Position numbers and translations under genes: made by a program
The notes under the pieces: generated by a model
What the model saw: the letters and a program-made list of their open reading frames with translations, nothing else
Databases searched by the model: none
What the model was told of the DNA's origin: nothing
Shown: in pieces, positions 40,944 through 54,119 of the stretch
How positions within the stretch are numbered: position 1 is the first letter of the stretch
How the letters are laid out: every line of letters begins with the position of its first letter
Assembly (NCBI GenBank): GCA_951406725.2
Contig: OX597824.1
Span: forward strand, 85,374,001 to 85,438,000
Reading direction: 5' to 3'
Length of the DNA stretch: 64,000 bases
Source: Octopus vulgaris
Taxonomy: Eukaryota

Positions 40944-42593
40944 AATTTGGCATAATTACCGTCGTCACTGTTACACGACATAATGCGCAGTGGTGATGTT
41001 TTGACTGATTACGCAAAAAATTCACAGTGAATTGACATGACTTCTAGTTGGAGACTGAAAATGAAAACTTAGTGGTAATTGTGAGCGGTTCTTGAAATAA
41101 AGGGGAGATAATTTCAAGAATTTAAGAATAAACTTCGGACAAAATTCAGTTTACATGCTTATGGAAAAATGTAAAGCACAGATTTATATTTAACCTGCTT
41201 TCATCCGTTGACAGGATTTTACGAGTAGAAAACCACCAACAAATATGGCCTGTGTAATTTGATTAACAAAAATAGAAAAAGGGAATAAATATAATGCAAT
41301 TAGGCGAAAGCCAATGGAGTTAAAATATTCGAAATAGATTGTTTCGTTCTTGTATTTAGTCTGCAAAACCTTTGATGTGGACTCGTGTCTTGAAACACAT
41401 TTGGATGTATCTCGGGAGGGCCAGAGAGACGTGAAAGAGACCTGGAGTATAGAGGGAATGTCAAACCTAGCTTGATTGACCAAACTATTAATCAAACAAC
41501 CACTTAGGTAACTTGTTAAATAGTGAACCATTTACCAAATAAATAATAAAGAAGTGAAACAGAACCAGTACGTGTGTTTATTATTGGCATAATGACCCTC
41601 CAGAGACAGTATTGTACAAAAACCCGTGTAGGAGGTGATGTAACAGGAACATTTCTACATGCATGCATGTGTATGTGTTGTGATTAATGCATTTGTTAAC
41701 AGATCCTGTAATGATACTTCTTCTACCGAAAGAAGCCGAACTTGGCATGTAAATATTGTTACAAATGCTTAATGAAAGAAATACTATTTAAAGAATTCTT
41801 TAAAACCGTTCGTATAGCATTTCCCTAGTATTTTAACTTAAGACACTTATTTCATATGAAAATCATGTTTTTTTTCACAGAAAAATGTAATACACCAACC
41901 ATATTGAATAACGTTCTCTATTGAATTTGGATCATGCCTTCTAATGAGATTTTTCTTGTCAAACAGGAGAAATGAAAAACTACATCTTAATTATAAATTC
42001 TCTAATACTTCGGTTTCGCTTTTGATTTTTATATACACACGTACGCATGCGCGCGTGCACACACACACGCATGCGTTATCAGCTAGCTCTCTCAAAGAAA
42101 GACGGAGGAAATTTAATAAGACGTATGCATGTTTTTATGCATACTGTGTATGCACAGATACCCCACCACCACAACCACGCACATTTTTATATATATCCAT
42201 GAGTATGTGTGTAAAATTTGATGTATTTATTAACAAATTCTATTAGGAAACTACGTAACTTTCCAGTGAAAGAAGCCAAACTTGGTATGTAAATATTACA
42301 TCATATAAGTTTTAAAGCAGAAACGAAAGAAACTCTTTCATGAAATATCGAAAAATTATTCGTATATGTTGCTTTTTCACCCAGGGCATGTTATCTGAAG
42401 ATATACACTAGAAATGAAAGCCGCCAAAAGCAAGCATTGGCAAAATCAATATAAAATTACCTCTGGATAATTGACAAGGAAGTTTCATACGTTATTTTGG
42501 ATAACGTTCTCTACTGAGTTTGTACAATCTCTATAATGTGAATTTCGTTGTCACAATAAAATATTATATACATACATACATACATACATACAT

Positions 42594-42664
<71 letters not shown>

Positions 42665-43339
42665 CATATATACCACCAAGTAAGTTAGGGGTTATGGATC
42701 CAACCCACTAAGGGATAATATTTATCCAATATACTGTTGGTATAATACCTAAATTCTTAATACACAAATGTTTTTAATTGCAATGCAATTAGCTTATTTA
42801 TTGTATTAAACGGGTGATATATGAACAAACCATTTTCACACATCGAAAACTTTATCTATTGACGAGAATTAGGGATGTTATAGTTGAGGTCTGTATTAGA
42901 GGTACATACAATTATTTATGTTATATGTTCAGCTATTATGATTTCTAAAATTATTTTCATTATATTTTGTAAATTTCCACTTTGTATATTTCCACTTTGC
43001 ACTCTTGTTAAATGAATCTAAGAACATATAATCTGAATATGAAATATTGTCTTTTATCCAGTATAAATATAATGCTATTTCGTTGTTATTTTAGTTTATA
43101 GGTTCCGTACTGTTGTATACATATCTTCCACCTCTCTCTCTTCCTCCACACACGCACAAGCATATGCACACACATACATACACACATACCCATTGTTTAT
43201 GTCATAAGACTTTAGAAACGTTCAGAGACATGAAATAAATCGTTTTTTACTTCAGAACCCGAAGGAGATAAAGCTATAACTAACAACGTCTAACTCCTAG
43301 GTTGAAAATCCCTCGGATTGGAAATGAATATTTATAGCT

Positions 43340-43681
43340 TTATCTACTTCGATTTCCAACATTAATGTCTTCTGTATAGAGACTGGCAGACCAGTTATGT
43401 TCCATGACCTCTTTTACGATACTCTTCCAATCAGCTTTGTGAAAGTTCAGGCTGGAGAGGAATTGGGTGCTTCTAGTAGCCTGCATGTCTGTAGTTTTCT
43501 GCAGACCATACACTGTTGGTTCTATTAAGTTATGGTCCAAGAAAATCGTCGGTGTCACGCCAACATTATGAATGTGTGCCGTGTTGTTTGTGAAACAGAG
43601 GTCCAGGACATTCTCCCCTTGTTGGATGGAGCATGAGCACTATTTTCTCCATAAAGAGCATGTTAGTGAGGTCAAGTAGAG

Positions 43682-43688
<7 letters not shown>
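43340..43688 (-). mobile_element. CR1/Jockey-group LINE fragment (end of the APE endonuclease)
   Basis: Joining two frames gives [15 protein letters not shown]...TPTIFLDHNLI...LNFHKADWKSI. This matches the PTR..LDL..SDH..FxKADW pattern of LINE ORF2. Confidence 0.75.
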
Positions 43689-43778
<90 letters not shown>

Positions 43779-43804
43779 TTATATACACACACACACACAT
43801 ATAT

Positions 43805-43938
43805 ATATGAAAGAAGGTTTGAAAATGCAATTTTAAAGATGTTTATTAATTTGACCGGTTTCACTTTTTTCTATAAAAGTGAAACCGGTCAAGTGAATAA
43901 ACATCTGTAAAATTGCATTTTCAAACCTTCTTTCATAT
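43805..43938. repeat. Near-perfect inverted repeat with about 63-bp arms, probably inverted Penelope termini
   Basis: tgaaagaaggtttgaaaatgcaattt...gaccggtttcactttt pairs with aaaagtgaaaccggtc...aaattgcattttcaaaccttctttca. Confidence 0.85.
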
Positions 43939-43975
43939 GTATTCCACTCGTGCGGTACCTTACAACTTCACTTTG

Positions 43976-44034
<59 letters not shown>

Positions 44035-44364
44035 CATACATACATACATATTAGGTTGGCAACTAAGTTCCTGCAAATTGGGAAATAAAGGAGTAAAAGC
44101 GGAAGAAACACAAAAGTTACGATTTACACCAGTTTATACATTATCATATATACGTGTGTGTATGTATACAAATACATATATACATACATGTATGTGTGTG
44201 TGTGTGTACACCCCCCACACACATATTGTGTTGCATCGAAAACGCAATGGCTTTTATCAACGTTGCCACACCTACATGTACCTTTTGATGCAGTGTAGTG
44301 TGCGTGCGAGCCTGTGAGTGAGTGAGTGTGTGTGTGCCTGTATGTGTGTGCGTGTGTGCGTGTA

Positions 44365-44400
<36 letters not shown>

Positions 44401-44401
<1 letters not shown>

Positions 44402-45590
44402 AGTGATTCTGCTTCTTCATAGCAAGCTGGGCTGATGTAATTGTTGTTGACATTATCACCGGAATTTTAATTTTTAGGCGTGAGATTCATACATTATCAG
44501 TCAGTGACTATTTATATTTTCTATGTGAGCAACGAATGCAACTCGAATGCATAGTTTAAAATTTTGCTGAGCTATTAGTATTACTTGAACCATTCATCCT
44601 CTGTATTTTTTGTGTGAGGATTACTGTATTAGCTAAATGCATCTTTCATAAATGTTTTCCTATCTAATTTTGTTTTGTGTTGTGTGATATAGTGTATGTC
44701 AATTGATTCTTTTTGTAAGTGCATATTGAGCCGGCGAGAGAGCATAATACTGGTATTATCTCTGATAATATCTAGGGTTTGATAAAGGTTTTTTTGATTT
44801 AACCAATAAATAAAGTCTTTTGCAACATTCGACTCAGCTGTCACAGTCACAAATGATGTTCCAATCAATAAAGCTGTCAAGATATTCAATGGATAAATAA
44901 CCCAATAATTTCATGCTACAGATAGTTTTAGATCTCAAAATAAGCTACGAATTATTCCACTGAATTTCTCAACGGCCAGGAGCCACCTGGTGGCATCTTT
45001 TCGGTTTGAACAGCAGTTTTTTAAAATAATTTCCACGTAACTAAACATTTTAAAACTTCGTATACTGGTAGAATGTGTTTATAAAACATCTTTTTCTCTT
45101 GGCTTTATTGAGAAAATTCTATAGTTTGTAAGATATTTGTTGTTTTTTTCTTCAATTTCTGCAATTTCAACCAATCAATGACGTCTATTGAGGTAAAAAA
45201 ACATTCTGTGCCGTATGAATATGTCCCTCGTTTAAGAAACAGATTGGGTTTATTTACATTTGTGAAGAAAAAAAATACCCTTCCCCCACCCCTAACCCAA
45301 ACCCTAACTAACCCTAACCCTAAAATAGATTGAAATGCAATAGATCGATACTAGGGTCATAATTATGGGTGACAATTTCATATGACACCGCTAGAAAAAA
45401 CTGCCGTTCAAACCGAAAAGATCTACCTGGTGTACTATAGATCACAAATAAATGTTGAAGAGTCTCAGTTAGTCTTCATAAAAACTTGGATGCTTCGCGT
45501 TTGTGCAATAGTACAAGGTTGGTAATCGAACAGATATAGCATCAACAATACTGACAGGATATGCCGTTGGTGAGGATGTATTTATGCAAG
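44401..45590 (+). mobile_element. Decayed Helitron RepHel (PIF1 helicase) fragment, split by a MITE
   Basis: Reads NYSTEFLNGQEPPGV | ...HK*MLK...LHKNLDASRLCNSTRLVIEQI...ASTILTGYAVGEDVF. The Helitron consensus is NYPTEFLNSL.PPG...LLRNL..PRLCNGTRL...EATILTG...GEDV. Confidence 0.8.
44993..45424. mobile_element. Second, inverted copy of the telomere-repeat MITE
   Basis: Perfect 8-bp TSD acctggtg at 44985-44992 and 45425-45432; internal ccctaa repeats at about 45290-45322. Confidence 0.9.
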
Positions 45591-46280
45591 GAAACTATAC
45601 TATAAGAGCAATATTTCTCCGTCCATTTGTCTGAGAGTCGCTGTTGCCATGGTTTCGTAAACAATACATTTCGTGGAATTTGATAAAATGTTCCATTATG
45701 ATGTCATTTCAATCATGATTTTGAATAGAGAAAGTTACATGGAAGTAATGGATTTGATATTTTTCTTTGTTCTATATTTCATTTGAAAATTTCGATTTAT
45801 TTCCATTACAACGTCATAATTTACGCAGTCGATGATTTCCAAGTAATTTATTTGGTGAAGGAAAACAAAAAAAAAAAGAAAAAGCAGTGAATTCACATAT
45901 GCAACTTAAGGAAAAATAAGGTTTGTGTTTTATTTTCGGTGAAAGCTCTTTCTTCCTCGCATACCACCGAAAAACATGGTCATGAATATTTCACTTTCAA
46001 ATACAAATGTGTGAAGAAAAAGAGAAAGATAATGAGAGGGAGACTGGAAGAAAGAGAAAGGTAATAAAATAGTGAGAGATTTACTAAAAGCTTCAGTCAG
46101 TAAAACAGTTAATTCTACCGTAAACCTATTTTGATTTATTGAATGCCGTTGTTACTGTCACTTGCAAGTACTTATTTTTAGATTTGTTAACTTGTATAAA
46201 AGCCTTTAGTTAGTAAAACAGTCAATTCTGCCGTTTGTAAGGTAAATGTATTATATTCCGTATAAACATTTGTTGATATA

Positions 46281-46685
46281 GGCGCAGGAGTGGCTGTGTG
46301 GTAAGTAGCTTGCTAACCAACCACATGGTTCCGGGTTCAGTCCCACTGCGTGGCATCTTGGGCAAGTGTCTTCTGCTATAGCCCCGGGCCGACCAATGCC
46401 TTGTGAGTGGATTTGGTAGACAGAAACTGAAAGAAGCCTGTCGTATATATGTATATATATATGTGTATGTGTGTGTTTGTGTGTCTGTGTTTGTCCCCCT
46501 AGCATTGCTTGACAACCGATGCTGGTGTGTTTATGTCCCCGTCACTTAGCGGTTCGGCAAAAGAGACCGATAGAATAAGTACTGGGCTTACAAAGAATAA
46601 GTCCCGGGGTCTATTTGCTCGACTAAAGGCGGTGCTCCAACATGGCCGCAGTCAAATGACTGAAACAAGTAAGAGAGTAAAAGAG
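46281..46685 (+). mobile_element. SINE family B, full length
   Basis: Canonical head to tail. Confidence 0.9.
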
Positions 46686-47815
46686 TATACAACAACTGAG
46701 AAATTATGAGCAAAATCTCATGAAAACATTCCTTATCGACAATAAAAACAATTCACTGAAACTTTTATCATTTATCACTTTGATTTGGGCTCAGATATTT
46801 CACTGTAATGTTAACATTGTAGAATATAAAAACGAATCCTTTGTTTATATTAAACGTTTTCCACAATTATTACTAACATACGAATATTCACAGCTGTGAA
46901 AGCTTTTACAGGTTACTCGGCCTGCAAGAAATAGCAGTTGAGTCTCCTTCGAATGAACCAGAAAGCGATATCATAGCGATGAAAACAAAAAGTTCACTAA
47001 AATCGCTGTTTATGGAGTGTTCTAAATATAAATATTATGCAATATATACACTCAGTTTACCGGAAACGAAATAAATTCTTTGGAAAAATAAAACTCTTTT
47101 AGTTAAACAGTACTGAAATATTATATATTTAGCCCTCAGTAAGAAAAAACCTAAATTTCAGTAATCTTCCCATTTAAAATGCATCTAATATAATACTAAT
47201 TTTTTCCTGGAAATGAAAACAGAGGTAACATGCTGGTCATCTCAAAGAATCCTTGTATCTAAACTAAAAATTCAATACGCGCGCATATTAAATTACTATT
47301 TGCAATCCATAAAACGTCAAAATAGTGCTCCATTCCTTCAGATAAGTCAGATTAAAATATGAGTACAGTAAAACATATAAATGTACAAGAAACGACATAA
47401 TCTCTATGTGCATTAAATATCGGCACGGCACACCAGAGTTTGTCATGTCAAATTTTCATGTTTTACTGCGGTACTTCAAATGGGATGTGGATGGTTATTT
47501 AAGACCCTTCATGCTCTACTGATGATTGTGTATATCACACATGAAACTTTGGCATCGCAAAGACTTGAATCTCATATAGATACTTATCTTAATATCAGTA
47601 CTTATACATTATGTTGTTTTTACCAAATTCAGATGTTTAATTGTATACATGTCATATGTGCGTGTGAAGAACCCTGAGACGGACCGGCGTCTTGTTCAAG
47701 GATAATTATTACCGGCCTGGCTAGCCAGTGGGGTGGCGTCATTCGAGGAAACGCATTGTGACCAGTAGTGTGTAACAGCATCCAATACAGTGAGACATGT
47801 ATTATATATATATAT

Positions 47816-48008
47816 AGTTAATCCAAACAAGAAAACAAAAAAACACAACAACGCAAGGACGTGGAACAAATAAAGTATTATTGGACGCTCAGGAAAGAAG
47901 GAGGGTTTAACGTTTCGAGCGGAGCTCTTCGTCGGAAACATAGGAGAAAGAAAGATCCTGAGAAGGGAAGACAGAGGGAAAAAAAATCGCCAGTGGTACT
48001 CACGAGGT

Positions 48009-48010
<2 letters not shown>
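47816..48010 (-). mobile_element. Penelope-like terminus with a hammerhead motif
   Basis: Lies between (TA)n and (CA)n; shares gtatta..gacgctcaggaa with 39991. Confidence 0.65.
47905..47939 (-). ncRNA. Minimal type I hammerhead ribozyme motif
   Basis: guuu CCGACGA A gagc ucc gcuc GAAA cg UU aaac. All stems pair and stem III is the palindrome ACGU. Confidence 0.6.
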
Positions 48011-48039
<29 letters not shown>

Positions 48040-48084
48040 GTATAACACATATATATATATATAACACAACCCCACCATTTATTG

Positions 48085-48129
<45 letters not shown>

Positions 48130-48134
48130 CATAC

Positions 48135-48296
48135 ACGACATGTTTCTTTCAGTTTCCGCCGACAAAATCGACTTACTAGGTTTTGATCGGTACGAGTTTA
48201 TAGTGCGAGACACTTGCCCAAGGAACTATGCGGTAAGACTGAACCCAGAACTATTTGGTAGGGAGGCGAGATTCTAACCACACAGCCAGCCTGCGT
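48135..48296 (-). mobile_element. SINE family B, 5' half, diverged
   Basis: cacttgcccaagg...gactgaacccagaac. Confidence 0.7.
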
Positions 48297-48414
48297 CGTT
48301 TATTAAAGACTATGTACTCTACAAAATGTATTGAGTAATACTTCAGATTACGGTAAAATTGTATTTCTCGTAACTCAGCATAAAAAACATTGATACATAT
48401 AAGCGCAAACGTAT

Positions 48415-48890
48415 TACGTACGTATGTATGTATTCATGTATGTATGTATGTATGTATGTATGTATGTATGTATGCATGTATGTATGTATGTATGCATGTA
48501 TATATGTATGTATGTTTGTACGTATGTATGCATGCATGCATGATGTATGTATGTATGTATGCATATATGTATGTATGTATGTATGCATGCATGCATGTAT
48601 GTATGTATGTATGTATGTATGTATGTATGTATGTATGTATGTATGTATGTATGCATGCATGCATGCATGCATGATGTATGTATGTATGTATGTATGTATG
48701 TATGTATGTATGTATGTATGCATGCATGCATGCATGTCTGTATGTATGTATGCATGCATGCATGCATGCATGCATGTATGTATGCATGTATGTATGTATG
48801 TATGTATGTATGCATGCATGCATGATGTATGTATGTATGTATGTTTGTATGTATGTATGTATGTATATATGTATGTATGTATGTATATGC
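48415..48890. repeat. (TATG)n/(CATG)n compound microsatellite
   Basis: Seen directly. Confidence 0.95.
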
Positions 48891-49399
48891 AGACACATGA
48901 ACAACTGTACATTAGTTTAATTGGCGGAAACACCAATGCCTATATATACATATTGTAACTAAATATCGATAATAAATAACGCAGAGGTACATATAAGAGT
49001 ACGTTCAAGCGTCCGTACATACATTTGCATGTATTACTGTCAACTACAGTGTGTTTGTCATTGTTGGATTGGACAGATAGAAAGCTAACCCGCAAACAAG
49101 AAACCTCATTTGGTGGCGAGGCTGAACGGAAAAGATAGTTTAAGACATAATTTTCTTGTTTTTTTTTTTTTTGTATTGCACGGTAGCTTTCTATGTTATG
49201 GATAGGTCCACCGAGGATAAATGTGATATGTTGGACGGTTTCAAATGACTAAGGTTTCTGCGATTCTGGTAGATTCGAAGCTATATTAGCCAGACAGAAA
49301 CTATTTACTGTATTTGAGAGAATGATACCAGAGCACGTCTGTTGGACTGCATATGCGCACGCACTCACCCCCACACCATTTATGCCTGCACGTGTGTGC

Positions 49400-49402
<3 letters not shown>

Positions 49403-49488
<86 letters not shown>

Positions 49489-49871
49489 ATATATATTATA
49501 TATATGTATTATATATATATATATATATATATTTATATAATATATATTATATAAATGTATATGTATCGATATATATATATGTATATATATATGTGTGTGT
49601 GTGTGTGTATATGCATATATACACGTTCAGACATATATGTGTATGTATGTATAAATATACTCATATATGTGTGTGTCTGTCAATGTACGTACGTATGTAT
49701 GTATGTATGTATGTATGTATGTATGTATGTATGTATGTATGTATGTATGCATGTATATATGTATGTATGTTTGTACGTATGTATGTATGCATTTATGTAT
49801 GTATGTATGCATGTATGTATGTATGTATGCATGCAAGTATGTATGTATGTATGTATGTATGTATGTCTGTA

Positions 49872-49904
<33 letters not shown>

Positions 49905-49960
49905 ATGTATGTATGTATGCATGCATGCATGCATGTATGTATGTATATATGTATATATGT
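49403..49960. repeat. (TA)n and (TATG)n tract
   Basis: Seen directly; it explains the 220-aa and 247-aa ORFs. Confidence 0.95.
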
Positions 49961-50310
49961 TTGTGTGTGTTTGCTTGTGTGTATACGAGAGTCCATCATG
50001 TCTTTCACGCAATGATGGACACATGTGGTTTCGTCTTAGAGCCAACTATCTGGTGTCTATCAGTGGTGCCTGCTTGTCTCAGTCTGTGTTGTTATCAATC
50101 TACCTATTTATCTTTGCAACTATCTTTGTTTCTATGTTACTATCTATCAGTCTTGCTATCTGTTTACCTGTTGTTTTTTTAAAAACTAAACGATATATCT
50201 ATTTATCTATCCAATTGTTTATCTCTATCTTCCTACCTATCTCTCTTGTTACGCAACTATCTAATTTTTTTTATTTAACTTTTCACCCAACTTTGTAATC
50301 TATCTATCTA

Positions 50311-50955
50311 CCTTTCCTTCAAACGGGAAGGAAGAGCTATTTTTATCATACTTGTGGTTATGGTGAAAGAATGTATCTGGTGGACGCGCCTGAAAGGATT
50401 AGAGACAAACACTTTCCTCTCTGGTCAATCTCTCATCAACTTCTTCAAGTATCACTTGAAGAGGAAAGTGAGAGTAGAGAGGCAAGTTTTGTCTAGTGAA
50501 TGTTTTAAAAAAAGATGGGTGAATGTAGCAAGGATGGCACGTATGAATGACGAAACCACCTCGACTATGATTCTATGAACCGTAAAAATTAATACAGAGA
50601 GTTGCTTATTTGCAAAAGAAAAAAAAAAAGAAATATAACATGTGACTTCATTGACCGAGGTTACCGTGGTCTTTTCCGTAGGCTTTTCTTTCCACGGGTA
50701 AACCTCACCTGTCCTCCCCTTTACACTTCATATTGACATTTCTGTGATAACGATCCCTATTGATCTCATTTTTTTTCTCCTCCCCCCACCCTTTTTTTTT
50801 TTAATTATATTCCCCCCTTATTTTGTCCTCCTTCTTTCCATTTACGATCCTTTTTGATCGAAAACCAAACCCCTTTCTTTTATACCCAAAAGAAAAGCTC
50901 TACCTTGTAATCTTGTCCTGTCTGTGTGCAGCCCTGTGTGGCTAATAAAGAAACA
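50311..50955 (+). mobile_element. 5'-truncated Tx1/L1-like LINE (ORF2 C-terminus and 3' UTR)
   Basis: Open frame 50312-50578: LSFKREGRAIFIILVVMVKECIWWTRLKGL...FKYHLKRKVRVERQVLSSECFKKRWVN. The K..IW..R and F..RW pattern fits Tx1 ORF2 ends. A pyrimidine-rich UTR ends in AATAAA at 50944, and (TATC)n flanks both sides. Confidence 0.7.
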
Positions 50956-51254
<299 letters not shown>

Positions 51255-51399
51255 GCTGGAGGTGAATATAAAGTCCTGGTCAGCTGTATGGTGATAAAAA
51301 GCGAAATTAAGCGATATAACATTTTCCGGGAGGCAAATAAGAGCTACTTTCCATGGTACATGTTTTCCGTATTCTAGTTCGAAAATATGGAAAACCATG

Positions 51400-51716
51400 T
51401 TTGTAAAACAAATTCTCTGTCATGAGTGTGGCGGCTAAAATTTTGGTTTGTGTATTCATTAAGTTACTCGGATCGTACGAATTTTGTAGAATTATTCTCC
51501 TTTCGCCCAAGTAAGGTTTGCACCGTTTCCTTTCTTTCAGGTATGGCCCAGGTTGTTCCAGCGGTTTTTAGTTGATTTTGTACGGCATTCCTTCTTCTTT
51601 CAATTGCCATATATAATTAGCTAATAGTGTAACGTTGCACTTCTTTTGGATTCTAAGGGGACCAGTGAATATTTAACCTGGCCCTAAAAGGGCCCTCCGG
51701 AGCCCCAACATATTTC
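51400..51716 (-). mobile_element. Penelope-like element GIY-YIG endonuclease fragment (pseudogenised)
   Basis: [19 protein letters not shown]/..TLLANYIWQLKEEGMPYKIN*KPLEQPGPY...RCKPYLGERRIIL...LMN matches the PLE pattern YIG..E..F..R...H...LS.YIW.LK...PY...C.LCL.EK..I...LLN. Confidence 0.75.
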
Positions 51717-51794
51717 TGTGTGTGTGTGTGTGTGTGTAAGTACGTGTGCGTGGTGTGTGTTCGTGTGTGCGTGTATGCGCGTGTTTTTATTTTA

Positions 51795-51849
<55 letters not shown>

Positions 51850-51986
51850 GTATGTGTGTTATGTGTGTGTTCGTCCGATGACTACTCACTCGCAGATTGT
51901 ATTACATAACCAGGAATATCCTACTCAACAATGTTTAACGCTCAATTTCTCTGATAGGTATATATATCTATCTATCTATCTATCTA

Positions 51987-52037
<51 letters not shown>

Positions 52038-52038
52038 A

Positions 52039-52073
<35 letters not shown>

Positions 52074-52510
52074 GTGTGTCCGTGTGTCCGTGCGTGCGTG
52101 TGTTGTTCGCAATTTTGAACTTACTAACATAACCGCATGTCTACATACACACGTACTCGTCTACACAATTAATAAGTCCGGCCACTTTTATACCAAGACA
52201 AGCATAAACACTCCCTGCTCGATATACATCAGTTCACAAAAAAAAACAAAAAACACATACACAGAATTACATTATTTCAAACCATGAAAGACAGGTGTAA
52301 TGCTAATTCAACGATTGCATCTAATCAAGATTCCTGTTTGATCTTGCCATCGTCTCTAATGAGCAGTCTCCCAATAATTCTTTCACTACCTATACAGTCC
52401 CAGACGGTAAGATCAAAGAATTTTCTTGATACATTCCAGCATTAAAAGTCTCACGTGGATAATTAAACGGCTTCTTTTCTTCTATAGAACATTGCTGTTG
52501 TTATTGTCGT

Positions 52511-52511
<1 letters not shown>

Positions 52512-52545
<34 letters not shown>

Positions 52546-52637
52546 TGATGATGATGATGGTGATGTTGATGATAATGATGATGATGATGTTGATGATGTT
52601 GATGATAATGATGATGATGATGATGATGTTGATGATA

Positions 52638-52669
<32 letters not shown>

Positions 52670-52757
52670 ATGATGATGATGATGATGATGATAATGATGA
52701 TGATAATGATGATGATAATAATAATAATAATTATTATTATTGTTATTACTATTATTA

Positions 52758-52840
<83 letters not shown>
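52512..52840. repeat. (AAT)/(GAT)/(ATT)n compound microsatellite
   Basis: Seen directly. Confidence 0.95.
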
Positions 52841-52842
<2 letters not shown>

Positions 52843-53058
52843 GGCAGCGAGCTGGCAGACTCGTTAGCACGTTGGACAAAAATGCTTAGTACCATTTTGT
52901 CCGTCTTTTACGTTCTGAGTTCAAATTCTGCCGAGGTCGACTTTGCCTTTCATCCTTTCGGGGTCGACAAAATAAGTACCATTTGAACACTGGGGGGTCA
53001 ATGTAATCGACTTAAGCCCTTCTCGAACTTGCTAACTTTCTGACAAAATTTGAAATCA
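52843..53058 (+). mobile_element. SINE-A2 directly after (ATT)n
   Basis: Full head to aaaatttgaaatc. Confidence 0.85.
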
Positions 53059-53145
53059 TTATTATCGTTGATTTGACTCAGTTTCGTTCTCATTCCTGGT
53101 AGAATTTATGTGGGTAGCGGGTTACTACCCGTAACCTTAGGTATA

Positions 53146-53224
53146 TTTTTATTTATTTTATTTTATTTTACTTTATTTTATCTAGTTTCAGCTCACGAGC
53201 TGTGGCCATGCTGGGGCACCGCCA
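53146..53224 (-). mobile_element. Short retroelement 3' tail related to the SINE-B tail
   Basis: ggcggtgccccagcatggccacagctcgtgagctgaaactagataaaa followed by (TAAAA)n-like repeats. Confidence 0.55.
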
Positions 53225-53510
53225 TTTATACACAAACTTTCATTAATCTTTCAGGTGCTTAAACTACTCCTGATAATCTTTCTTGTCTCTAAGAGACAGA
53301 CTTTGTGTAGAAGCTCTACAGGGTATTCTATTCCAATCTCCGTCAACCATTTGTCTACATCTTTACTCACAGTCCGAATGCATGAATTATTACAGACAAG
53401 ACCTTCACGGTCTCCATACTCCAAATTTTTGCAATTTCAAATTTTAAAGGATTGTATTTTAAGGGATTGTATTTATTTATTAAAAAAAACCTTTTTATTT
53501 TATTATTATT

Positions 53511-54059
53511 GAGTGAGAGAGCAGTTCATGCCATCAAAGTGACACTGGGGTAAAATATACGAAGCCCAATATACCCATCATGACTACCCGTCTGATAAAG
53601 GTACACCAGGCACATGCATCACAACCATATGTGCGCGACATGGTGATCTCATATCAAGATAAACAGCACATGACCTTGCTGGTGGGGCCCAGTTAGAATT
53701 TTCTTCAGGTTGAGTAGCCCATCCCGCTCAAACAGTCCCTGAATAAGGGTTGTTTAAGGATGTTGAAAGAACCACCCATGTTTCCAGAGATGAACTATTC
53801 AAACCCCAAAGAATCCCTCTCAACACATGGCTATGATGCTCCCCCACTACTTCTGCTCGTGATCAGAGATGCACATATCGTCAGCCACTAAGGGACATGC
53901 TCAACTGGTTAAGGTCAAACAACTGACAAGCAAATCTGTGGTACTGAGCAGAATATTTGCTGTAGCCCATCTTTTATACCAAGACAAAACAATGTACATG
54001 ATAACACTTCCAATCAGTTAAGATCAGAAGCCATGAGAGCCTCTGCCTGGTACTGCATC
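53511..54059 (-). mobile_element. Full copy of the (TAA)n-targeting retroposon
   Basis: (ATT)n on both sides; same 5' and 3' ends as 24160-24715. Confidence 0.8.

Positions 54060-54119
<60 letters not shown>

Noticed and set aside
45290-45322. Telomere or chromosome-fusion scar
   Set aside because: The repeats lie inside a MITE that has TIRs and a TSD.
48343-50298. Long ORFs of 150-250 aa
   Set aside because: They are translations of (TATG)n/(TA)n microsatellites.
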